DNA of 64,000 nucleotides from Tubiluchus corallicola (lineage: Eukaryota; Animalia; Priapulida). Position numbers and translations under genes: made by a program. Shown in pieces: positions 52,180-64,000 of the stretch (position 1 is its first letter; each line of letters begins with the position of its first letter). The stretch covers positions 186,001 to 250,000 of the forward strand of contig JAQGDQ010000042.1 in the NCBI GenBank assembly GCA_030141605.1, read 5' to 3'. Under the pieces are notes generated by a model. It was not told the origin of the DNA and ran no database searches. It saw only the letters and a program-made list of their open reading frames with translations.

Positions 52180-53463
52180 ATTATAAGCCTACGGCATTTT
52201 ATTACTACGGTTATTATGCTAATTTTCTCTCCACGATTTTAAGTTGATGCTGATGACGACAAAGGCTATTGCCAAAATACCTGATCTTTCGAGACTTGTG
52301 TAATTCGTGAGTAGCCAACATTTCTATAGTCTTAAATGATAGCAGTGGCAAAAGATATTTGGATGATAACTGTAGGTATGGTATATGTCTATTATAATAG
52401 ATTATAAGATTATAGATTATAATCCGTGTGTCAAACAAAAAGTTCTGTTAGGGAAATAAGGATTGCTACTACTGTATTAATGTACTGTCACATGACCCTT
52501 TCATTATGGCCTTTTAATAAACTTCTTCGAGCATTCGGCACTGTATTGCCATAGCGACACTGAGTAACGGATGGTGCTGCACAACCCGTGTGATTAGTAA
52601 ATGAATATTTATTAATTGCAAATGACGTAACATCAAATGGTCCTAATAATGAAAATATATTGATTACGTGTCAGCGCCAACTATCACCTCTTCAACTACA
52701 CGGATAAATTTGGCTATTTTGTGCACTAACAGCATGGCGATAGTTGAAATAAGAATGAAGACACAATGAGTATTTCAGTATCTTGTGTTTATTCTATTTA
52801 GAGAAACTTTGCAGCACTAACGTTATCATAGAAGCTGGAAAAAGTCAGATATATATTAATTAGAAACGCGAAGCTTTAAACTACCTTAGGTGAGGAACTA
52901 CAACCAAACAAATGAAAAGACTGGACGAAACACAATTTCAACCAGTCTTTTAACTTGGGGTTTCTCTTGAAAAAATTAATTTGTTACATTATGACTGTGA
53001 TTGCCATTATATTTATGTACCATTGCGTTTTATTTTAACAATTATTACCCATTGCGCGTAATGAGTTATAGAAGGAAAAGAGGCGCTGAAAAATTGTAAA
53101 CTAGCCGGGATTTGAACCCGAGACCTGGGATTGGTAATGCCAGCTGAGCTACTATTCTCTCGAAAAGTATGCAATGTTATAATCACTATTATCTTTACTT
53201 GTAATCGTCATAACTATCTGTGATATTAACAGTCAAATTAGCAGAGTAGCCATTGATATCACAGCCATAGTTATCATCCAAATATCAGTTGCTACTGGTA
53301 TCATTCAAAATTATAGTTATATTGACTATCATGAACTATGTACACAAGTCTTGAAAGACCAGACATTTCGGCAATAGCATCTGTCGTCATCAGCATCAAC
53401 TTAAAATCGTGGAGATGAAATTAGCATAATGATCATTTATGTAAAATGCCATACGTCTATAAC
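52180..53463. mobile_element. Long inverted-repeat pair (~215-bp arms, 52180-52395 and 53245-53463) with hammerhead-like cores
   Basis: Both arms read ttatgctaattt..tctccacgattttaagttgatgCTGATGAcgaca..gctattgcc(G/A)AAA...ctttc.agacttgtgta...gatatttggatgataact. Confidence 0.8.
53080..53155 (-). mobile_element. Degenerate tRNA-like head, same family as 49514-49603
   Basis: gaggcgctgaaaaattg...gggatttgaacccgagacct versus gaggcactgaaaaattg...ggattcgaacccagaacct. Confidence 0.6.
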
Positions 53464-55449
53464 TTAAATAAATAATTTACCAAGTAATTAAAATGGTATA
53501 CAATTTCAATAAACTAATTTGTATGTAACTAAAGTGCTATACAGTTTCAATAAATCATTTTTTTAATTTTTCTAATTGCCACGGTACGATTTCTACGATT
53601 TTATGTTGATATAGATGACGGTAAATACTATTGCCTAAACGTTTATTCTGTAAAAAATTGTGTATTTCATAGTTTGCCAATAACGTATATACTTATGTAT
53701 ATTATATTATGAGTGGCTGTTTAGTCGGTCAGAGTTTCCTTAATGACAAATCTGTTACCTGTGAAATATGCATTAGCTGATTCTAACAGAGTAACCCTGA
53801 TTTTGCATAGAGCGTAACGGTTTATTTAAATATTTAGTTGATTAAGCATCTATCAGTTATAGTGAATTACGGTTCAAAAACGGTTACACAAGATGGACAA
53901 AAGATTTCCCTTACATCGTTTGTGTGGTAAATGCTGAAAATATCTGCTTTTACTTGAATTGCATTTTACAGTTTTTTTTTATGTTTTTGAATATTAAAAC
54001 AAGCATATTCATGGACAGCGTTTCTTTAAATCACTTGATTTTCCTGTTTTCTTTTCCTTCTCTTTCTTCTCCAGGAAGCCGTGTGTTCATGATTTTACTG
54101 CAAAGCGTTAGTGGTATATTAGGTGTGCAGTCTTTCAGTTCATTACTGCTTATGACGTGCTAATCGAAAGTTCCATATTTAACAAGTGCAAGTCTCCCTT
54201 TTGAAATGCGGTTTGGTCGCCATAGCAGCACGTTACAACGCAGTATCCTGTATTTCGCTTGCGGTGAAATAGCTCCTTTGGAATTTATTTTCAAACAGAA
54301 ATGTGACATTGCATTATGTGAGAGACTCCATGTCTCGTATTGACACTGTCACGGTGATGCGGAACCCCGAGTTTAAAAGGGAGCTTGCAATTCATTCAAT
54401 GGGAAAAACATTCTTAATTAAAAAATAACAATTTTACATTTAATTGTACTAAATTAACTAATGGTGTTTGCAATCCACCAAATTCAGCAATTTGTTTCAG
54501 CACAGTTCAAGTTTCTTTATTTCTACTAAGTACAAATTACTATCAGTACTTGAATACACAACTTTAGAATTATCTATTAAGTAAACTTATTAGTGAAAAA
54601 CTTATACGTAAAAGAATGTAGCAATATTGGTATAGGAGTCAGATAAAACTTTTTCGTATTTTACAGATAATTACGTATATCTACAACTAGTTTCAGTCAT
54701 CTCTGCATCTGTATGCTAATGTGCCTCAGAACTACCAAACACACACAACTTACTTTGCTATTTGCGCAAAGCTCATGTTTATGATTATTGCGTTGTTATG
54801 CTCTGTAATTTTTAGCTTTGGCTAATAATCGCCCAGTGACGTATAATTAATGATGGCAGTATTCTCTTGCAGACTTGGGGAGTACATATCTAAATTATTT
54901 AGGCGAATGCGGATATATGCTGTCTCAGTGAATAGGCTATACAGTCGCACATATATTTGAATGAATTGATATATTATTCCCCTCTTAACAAGTACTGCCG
55001 TATCAGAAAACTTTACAATAGTGAATACGCAATGTTGTGATGACGTTTTTGTATAGTATTAAAACAGGACGGGGTACTTGTGTTTTGTTTCAGGGCGCAC
55101 TTAGTGCACTTCAACCAAAAACTGAACATTTAGCCCTCTAAACTAACATGTCTAAAACACACCCGTTTGACAAGTTGTACAACACTAGTTTTGAAAGTTC
55201 AGTGGCAGACCAAATTGTAAGAAAAAGCAAGAAATAATGAATTTTATCGAAAGCAGATGTTGAATCCAAAAGTGCTGATTATATTATATTATACTTTTTA
55301 TTTTAGGCAAAAATGTTACATGTCCCAGATATTTACGTAATTACCGATAAAACCAAGATAAAACTGACATAATCAAAATAACTGACAAATTCACTGAAAT
55401 AGCCCTTTAAAACTTAGGTAAATTGAAAATTTGGAAATAAAACTTCATT

Positions 55450-55797
55450 CCCCTAGGCTAATTATAGGGCCCCTCAGACGGAACCGCCTCTAACTCGCCC
55501 GCACCCATCTTGAATATTTTTACTATATTTTATGGCGATTTGATATTGTTTAGTGACATTTACATAACTTGAAGTAAACTTATTGCAAATTCTTTAAATG
55601 AACTAGAATAGGTATCTTTTGCTTGTCATTAAAAAATTCTTTAAGAAATACCACTATTTAACTATTTATTGCAAACCAAATTAGCACATTTGCATCACAG
55701 CGCAAAGCAGTGAAAAACAGATTTTTTCCAAATGTTATCAAAGCTTGAAGGACCCTGGGCTGCAGACTATACTAGCCTATAGGACAGTCCGGCACTG
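55450..55797. mobile_element. Possible hAT-type MITE remnant
   Basis: Ends in gaccctgggctgcagac...agcctatagga...tccggcactg, with taggct..tagggcccc at the left; resembles hAT MITE termini. Confidence 0.35.
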
Positions 55798-56174
55798 GAT
55801 ATAGGGTGAACGTAAGAAATGATGATGGTGTGCTTAGGAAGCCCTGTGGGACATAGCTGAAGCCATAAAACATCTCTGACAAACTACAGCCACCAGAGCA
55901 CACAATAAACTGTGAAAATTTTGCCTTACATCTTTACAATGTTGTTAAAATTTTGGAATTCACTTGCAGCTATAAATGTCCCATTTAGTCCACATTAGAA
56001 AATGTTTGCTCTAGCTGACCAAGACAGTGCCTCCAGTCAGTTAAGAGCGATCGATGTGGTCTCTGAATGGTGGTAGTCATCAAGCTTTACAATGTGAGCG
56101 ATTGTTGATGGCTGTAGAACTCTTCTGTTTGCATGCGACATACGCTCAGCGTCGGGACGTGACGTAGCAAGCTG

Positions 56175-56330
56175 ATGTGTGGCTTCAGGGTAGTTCCAAC
56201 AACTAGGAGTAAAATGTGTGGCTTTTAGAGCAAGCATAACACCTAGAAGCAGTACGTATGGCTTCAAGGTAGTTCCAGTGCCTAACAGCAAAGTGAGTGG
56301 CTTCAGTTTAAATTCACCTTACTAGGAGGA
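56175..56330. repeat. ~40-bp degenerate tandem repeat x4 (atgtgtggcttcagggtagttccaacaactaggag)
   Basis: tggctt recurs at ~40-bp period. Confidence 0.7.
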
Positions 56331-58231
56331 AGACACGGAGATACAATTATCGATTACTCGTTTCTAGTTAGTAATAGTAGTAGTAGTTTATTGACTACAA
56401 TTCTACATAGTTCAAGACTAATACACTATAACAATGGATGACCAGAAAAATAGCTATAGTCTTTACCAAAATGTCAAGTCGAGAACAGACAAACATACAG
56501 TAATTGCAACATGCTATATAATTGAATACCCCAAATCTATACCTGTACATTACTGTCATAATAAGTACAATACTATACAAGACATGCCAGATATTTAGCT
56601 CCATTGAAGTGGCTGAAACTTTATGAATGCTTAATTTTCATTGCCTACAACTTCCATTGTTTCTAAAAGGCTGAAGTAGAAACGAGGAAAAAAGCAAAAT
56701 CTAGTGTTCTTCTTCTTTGATGCGATGAAACATCTTTCTGATTTCCGCTTTGTGAGATTTTTTATTAGTATGTCAAATTTTTAGACGTACCGACGATGGC
56801 TGCCACTGTGCAGCTGAATTTTTCTAAATAAAAATTTTAAAAAAATTATGATATAGTGGATCTAATAAAAATTAAATAAAATTATTATATAGTGGGCTGT
56901 TTATGAAACTGTTCATGTTGTAAAAAATTTAAAAAAAATTTCGCTAAGGCTGTTGTCAAGAAAACGAAATAAATAATTCACTAAAACTCTTTGTTAGACG
57001 TACTGAAAAAAGTATTTGATGACTTTTTCTCGAAAAGATTGTCGCTGTCTGGAGTAACTTACTTGCACACTTGTGACAATGAAGACCACGAAGCGTTTCA
57101 AAATTAGATTAGATACTGTGGATTAAGTAGATTTTCACTTTTTGATAGGTGCTTATAAGCAGGTAATTTAGTCTCCGAGCGTCTCCCTCACATCATTGAT
57201 TTGATTTGTCTTTAAGTATTTTCACGACGGATATATGTATTCAATGCGGCTGTTCCTTTCGCACTTTGTTCACATTTCTTCTGTTCTATTCGTTTGCAGT
57301 CATTCATCTCACAAAACGACCTATGTGTTTGACCACTTCGTGTATATGTTATGTGTAGATAAAGAGATGAGAAAAGCTATCGGGTATCAGTCGCAGAGCC
57401 TTATGTTTAGTACTCCAGCACTTGTTTACTGTATTGTCTGTGCTACAGTTGACCAGTATCCAGCGAACGCAAAAATGAAGTAAGCATTCATCACCTTTGC
57501 TCATTTGTGCCTTAGACTACCTATAGATAGATAATAGAATGACAGTGCTGTAATTTACACTAAAAGAAAGTGGACTTACTACTTAATGAGACCTTGTGAA
57601 GTCAGAATTGCGACCTAAAGTCTTTTGTAAAGCTCGAAATTCAGTAAATAAAATACAATGACAGTAACTGCACATTCACAAACCTGGGTTGTTGTCTTGC
57701 TCAACTGTAAGTAATTGATTGTAGTGAATCATTTTAAAAGACGTAATTTTTAGCAAACTAGCCCAATGCATTTATTTCTTTATTTGAATCGGCAGACCTA
57801 TATAGTTTACTGACTATAATGCGTGTATAAAAAAGTTCGTAATTAACGTACTGTAGGAGCGCAGGCAACGACCGCGTTGTCCAGAACTTTTATTTAGTGA
57901 TGTTTAGGATGGCATATTGATATCTAACAATTCTGAACTAGTTCATTTATTTTTCTACATTGTTCTTATAAACACATCATGTTATGCTCATGCGAGGCAC
58001 GGTTTGCTTTTAGTTCATAAATCTTCATTTTGCCAAGAGAACTGGCATCTCTTAATGATAAATAATTAACTTCGTCAGAAGCCTATTTAGTCATAATCTA
58101 AAAGGCACACACGAAAGCGTTATAACGTTAACACGTTGGAATTCAGAGTCCATCTTAACTTTGGGCCTGCAAGTAAATTTCGGTGGTTGCGGTAATCACC
58201 AGCAATAATCCTCTGAAAAGTCAAGTCTGAA

Positions 58232-58318
58232 AAGTCTCTGGTCAAGTGGTTAGAATAGCTGTATGGAAATAAATAGTCTTGGGTTCGGGTCCCAGTGCAG
58301 CACAAAATTTTTCAGACA
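58232..58318 (+). mobile_element. Degenerate tRNA-like head followed by aatttttcag
   Basis: ctggtcaagtggttaga (A-box) ... gggttcgggtccc (B-box-like) ... aaaatttttcagac. Confidence 0.5.
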
Positions 58319-59000
58319 TTTTAATTATTTATTACTTTCCTGAGTTGTCTCTCTCTCTCTCTCTCTCTTCTTTCTCTTTCTCTTTGATGTGTAATACGTT
58401 TGTCTCATACCTCAGAGAGGCAAATAATCGGACGCAGTATACTAGCAAATGAAATCGCTATAAAGCTGATTAACTAATATTGTAAAGTTTGATAACTAGA
58501 TATAGTATTAAATGAATATACTATATAGTGTATAGCAGATATATATTTCATACAGATACTGAAGTTGCTCTGTAAGCGCACAGACTGCATCCCTGGCACG
58601 CATACGCCGTTTGGAACTGCAGTCAAACTAAGGGTTGATACTATCTCCCAAAGGGGACAACGCCATTTGCATAAAATAATTGATTTTGGCGGAGGCGATA
58701 GGAATTTGAAAAACGAAATTTTGCATTCCTTGGAGAAACGTATTAACTTTGTGGAAATGTAAAAGCCATATGGGTTAAAGTTACTGCAGCTGGATTTATA
58801 ACACTATCGAGCTATACACCAACACTGCACCTAAAAGTTGGAACAGGGCCCAGTTTTACACTATAGCTGAAAATAATCAAATGTACAAAACCATGAAAGA
58901 GAACATAATTTTTTTAAGAATGATTTACATGAAAGAATTATTACCATGGAAGTTTAATTTCACGTTCTCGTCCTGTTGCATGCATTTCGGGATTCGCTAG

Positions 59001-59060
59001 TTAAAGGACACAGCGCCTACATCTCGGAACGCGTTGCACAAAAAACAGGCGCTGTACCTC
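59001..59060. mobile_element. Tiny internally deleted TIR element (Kolobok-like); related copy at 46900-46940 on the minus strand
   Basis: ttaa-aggacacagcgcct...aggcgctgtacct; agcgcctacatctcggaa..gcgttgca.aaaaa is shared with the reverse complement of 46900-46940. Confidence 0.5.
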
Positions 59061-60688
59061 TCAGTTTACTCTGACATTTATTACTAATACACATTTGTGG
59101 TGAACCGCATAATGATACTGCTGTAAGCTTGGATTTAAATTTTTAAACATAAATTTGCACAGATTTTGTTCGTCACAGTTAATGTTATTCAGTAGCAAAG
59201 TATTTCAATTTTCGCTTTCTGAAACAGGTACTACGCGCTCCAAATGTTCTGTGACAAGATTATGCTCAATTCTGAAATCATCGCTCGCTGCGCTCGCTGC
59301 ATAATTATTTATTTATGTTTTTGAGTTATTATTTAATTATGAGAAACACTTCAGCATCATTATAAGAGTTGAAATGTGTACGTTTATCATACTTCAAAAT
59401 AGAGCAGGATATGAAATTCTCGAATTTCTCAAAGTTATTTCTCAAATTTAAATTTGCTGAACTACCAAACATAACCTTAAAATATCTAAGGCGTTGTAAA
59501 ATTTAAACGAAATATTTCCTCTTTCCCATGACTTGATTATGCGAAATTGTTTCAGATTAAAGATTTAAACACTTTATATTTAGTTATAAACGATTAAATA
59601 ACTTAGAAGTTCCGAGAAATGTCATCTTATCTTTTGTACGTCCGAGTTTTTCAATCTGTAAAACGACGTTGGTTCACGTCAAAATAAACCAGTTGATTCG
59701 ATTAAGCAAGACGGAATCGCAGGAAATTGTGTTGAACAATCACAAATCAGACGCATTGGTCATCTGCAAGAGCTCGAGCGTTAGTTGTCAAATGTCAATC
59801 ACCACTGAAATAACAGCCTGATTTAAGGTGTTGCAAAGCGAGACAATTTTGCACGTAAATCACTGCAGCTTTCACTAATTAGACTTACAATAGCAGCGAA
59901 AGATCGTAAAGGTTACGCCATTGGAATGAAACCGTTATTAGTTTTTGACATAATGATGTCTGTGCAGCTGCGGTGACTACAGAACAAGGAACTCTAATAA
60001 TCAGCTGTAAGAATATAAAAATGGTGTAAACTGAAGCAATTCTACAAAACGCGTTGAAGTTAATGGACAATTTTCTAACAAGATATATGAGTGCTCAAGA
60101 AAAGTATAATTCTATTACAAAGTTATAAAGGATTCGATAAAATATCTGTGCAGTTTGCAAATTTTACGTCTTAAGTGAAGTGGTACATTATCATTCAAAA
60201 GAAACAAATTTCAGTGCATATAGATCGTCATTTTTTAGAGCCAATTGTTGAGACAGCAGAAAATTATATGTATTATTTGCTTCGTTTATATAAAATTCTA
60301 TGTGTTTCCAAACATTTCTAACTGGCTGTTTATTACTAATTTTAGTAATAGTTCTTGTAGAACAATAATGACTTAATCAAGTGTACAGGAGTCTGCAAAT
60401 AGGATGCGGCGATAATGACTGACACCAAATTTACTTTTGCGTGGCGTTCATTAGAATATGCTATCAAATTCTTACGTCCAATCTACAGCAATAGATCGTG
60501 CCGCTGTATTTTTCCAAAAATACGGGAGGAGCATGGGGCAGTACGTTTATCCCTTTCCATTATCATTCTTCATGTCCTACTTCCTTTGTGTTCTTCTTTC
60601 TTTCTTTTTCTCTCCTGGTTTTGTTCTTTCTTTCTTTCCTTCCTTCCATCCTTCCTTCCTTCCTTCCTTCCTTCTTTCTTCCGGAAGG

Positions 60689-60873
60689 AGTTTACAATTC
60701 CCCATACAATTTAAATACCCTAACCCTAACTCTAACCCTAGCCTTAACCCTGACTCCAACCTAATCCTATCCCTAACCCTAACCCCAACTCTAGCCCTAA
60801 CCCTAATGCTAATCCTAGCCCTAATCCTAATCCGCCTCACGAACTAATTTCCTGTGTGTGGGAGTTGTAAACT
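60689..60873. mobile_element. MITE with TIRs (AGTTTACAAYTCCC) enclosing a degenerate (CCCTAA)n telomere-like array
   Basis: agtttacaattcccc at left, gggagttgtaaact at right; about 19 variant hexamers inside; second copy at 15.0 kb. Confidence 0.75.
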
Positions 60874-63763
60874 TTAGCCTTTCTTTCGTTCCTTCGTTCG
60901 TTCGTTTGATCTTTATTTCTTTCTGTCTCTCCTCTCATTTATTTGCATTTTTTTCTTTTTTCTTTCTTATATTTAAACTATCTTACAAGATGTCGCAAGT
61001 GTCTCACCCAGACTTTCACCTGAACTTTTTGAGGTCACGGCTTTAGGCATGGAACCCTAGATCTGCAACAAGGAACAATGTTTGCCTGCTGAATTATTTT
61101 GTATGCTTCAATGTAAAACTGAGCATTCAGTTGCACTATGAAGCTTGACTGTCTCTCATATCCCGGTGCAACAGAGATGAACGTGTCAATATTGTGAAGT
61201 CATTGATAAAACGCAGCCAGCGCACACAACATCCATGCACCCATTGTCAATGCGGACTAAGCCAATCAGAGGACTGATTGATTTACACCACGTTATAAGA
61301 TTCTGATGAGTGCAGTTTTATAGACGCTCTTCAGCAAAGATGGGAAGATTATTGTTGGGAAGGCTGTTTTGATGGCAGCATCAGCTTGAAGCATGATACA
61401 CGAGCAACATGCCACTGTTTACATTTCATTAATGATCGATATAGATTCTTAAGAGAACGCGAATGGGGACTACGCGGCAAGTTTTTGCCTACCATTAGGA
61501 AATATTCTACACTTCTGATTGGGTAGAATGTATATAATTTTGCAGTATAACAATCTTACAAATACTTCTATTGCACGATTCTCCTAATCAGTGGAATAAC
61601 AACTTAAAGTATTTTTAATTGTTTAACTGTAAACACGTGCGGTAGGCGCGAGATTAGTCAAAATGTTGTATGCTTATACTGAAGTATCCCAGTTGATGTA
61701 GTTTAGTCAGGCAAGTTGCTGTAGTTTTAGTAAATCGAAATATGTTTTACTCTTTTGAGTATTTACAACGCAACTTTTAAGCTCTCAATCTAATATGGAA
61801 CAAAAAACTTAGGTAGCCTCTAAATGAAATCACAGCACATCTTCTATGCCGGTTAATTCCAGTTCTTGGAAACATTTTTAAGTAAATTCTGCAGCTTTAC
61901 ATCGGTTATTGATTGCTAACGTATCTAGAATCCAAACAAAGGTTTAAGGCGAAAGTAGTGAAGAACTTCCTGCATTGTTAGAAAGTTCGTTTAGTCAGCA
62001 AACTAGAAAAAGAAACCGTGTCCCGATATGTATAATACTGTTACCTGTATCGCGGATCTAACAGAACCCTATACAGTCATTTCTTCTTCTTGTTGTTGTT
62101 TTGTTACACATCCAATTTGAGACATCGAACTTATACCATTGAATAACTCGGTAATTATAATTCCTGGATTCACGAAACTTGTGAGGGATAGACACCTGCG
62201 ATAGGGCTCAGATCATGGATAAAAACTAGGATTATTTAAGAGCCCGAGATAGAAGCCAAAATGTGCAAAATGGGGCAAACTGCTCAGTTACACATGACTT
62301 AACTACACTACACCAAACAAAGTCAAATGATAATGAGTCTCGAGGATCCTGTATACTAATCAGTCATACACGTTTGAACCGCTCTGGATCAAACGTAGTC
62401 AACACGTTCATGTATGCGGATTTGGATCTGAATTCATTCCGCCCTGTTTATTCTTATTAGCTTGCAGCTCTCATACAAACATTGCGATGTTGCTTTTTAA
62501 AAAGCTTGTAATTTGCGTAGAAACTTGCAAGTATTTTCGACGACAAGCAGCAATTGAATTTGTTTCAGTTAGTCAGTCAGAATGACGAATGTCTGCGCGG
62601 TTTCGCTTCAATTTTCGCACGTGTTTCCCATGCAGAATCATTGGAGCGAACGGGAATTACTCAGAGAAGTGACAGAAAAAAATCTGCTTATTTGCCCTTC
62701 AAACTTGACAAAAATCAAGCTACATATAACCAATAGATACGTGGCCTCTGCTTCTTAACAATTGGTATTCTCATCTTGATATGTCTTTGATGATTTATTG
62801 TGCCTCCGCGAGAAATACTTCTGAGGGTATTTTGTCTTTTTTGCAGTTGATCCATAGCTCGATAGTACTGGCACATGCTTAGGGCATCCAATAGTGGGTG
62901 GAGGGCAACCAATTAGACCCATCTGTATTTCGCATGGAGGTCTACCCTTTTCCACAGTTAGCATTTATCCCGTCCGGCCGAACCCACCATATTTTTATAC
63001 TGCATACACAATTGCAGAAAATTGTCTTGTTCAACTTGAAAAACTGTTGAAATTGACTTAGAGAATTGGATGGGCCAAGAACACTAAGAAATGCATACAC
63101 GTGGGAAATATAGCTTGATCGTTGAATGTCAACATGGTGATAAGTGTCATCTATAAGAAATCATTTCTAAAAACAAGTTGTGCTTTGGGATGTCCTTGCC
63201 TGAGTCATTCTTTGAGAACATGACCGCTGAAACACCAACAAGACTGCTTAAGTTGCTTATTGCTTACTATCCGTATAATTAACATGAAGAAATAGGTTGT
63301 ATGTCGTAAATTTGATGATTAGGTTATCAATTAGAACTAAATAATAGCGCAATTGTTTTAATTGCTTAGATTTTAAATTATTTTTACTGTAAAGCTCCAG
63401 AAATTTGTACCTCTTAACAATATGATCTTGCAATTACTAATGTACAGTTGCATACGTATGATATAAAAGTCGTTATGCAGAAAACTATGTTAATAAACAA
63501 CAACATTAATAATTGTTTATTAATAATGTTCGTTGTACTTGCTATAGGTAGTTCATATTAAAAACTTGAGAATTTCTCCTAAGTGAAAGTCAACCTTCTG
63601 TTAAATAAACATGGCATAATTTTGTATAACGATTGCTTAAATCACATAAATTGAGTTTAGATGCTTATATGGTTCATTTCTAAATGTCGTTTAGATCCTA
63701 AACACTGTACACAGTTACGTTTCCCTGCTGCACGACCACGAAAGATGGGCACGCTGTCTTCTA

Positions 63764-63867
<104 letters not shown>

Positions 63868-64000
63868 AATCACAATACTTGCAAAATGTGCTGACATTGT
63901 GAATGATCAACATATTCCTCTCTCATTAAACACTAAGTTACTTCTATGTCCCTCAGAACTGCGCATTTGTGGTCATTTACATACTGCTTATTTTTTATTT

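Noticed and set aside
62715-62990. RT fragment (GPDGINA…)
   Set aside because: Only one short motif matches; too degenerate to support.

Overview
AT-rich, repeat-dense eukaryotic DNA, not prokaryotic. Spliceosomal GT-AG introns, LINEs, tRNA-derived SINEs, MITEs and TTAGGG-type repeats point to an animal genome, probably an invertebrate such as a cnidarian (inference). The first 9.5 kb hold two multi-exon loci on the + strand that I reconstructed by hand. The first is an apparently intact, hemopexin-less matrix metalloproteinase (M10A/matrixin) with five visible exons at 1552-4900; its signal-peptide exon was not found. The second, 1.3 kb downstream, is a five-exon gene for a type-I membrane protein with one EGF-like domain (6186-9427). 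Its splice phases all fit, but it carries two in-frame TAG codons and a Cys->Tyr change, so it is a probable recent pseudogene or null allele. Two abutting degenerate LINEs follow (9.6-12.6 kb). The remaining ~51 kb has no recognisable intact protein-coding gene. It contains LINE 3' ends, SINEs, fold-back/MITE elements (including one carrying telomere-like repeats), a HINE-like element, hammerhead-ribozyme-like remnants inside inverted repeats, degenerate minisatellites (one rich in TGACGTCA) and many microsatellites. Most ORFs in the supplied track are spurious. No CRISPR array or rRNA was found.
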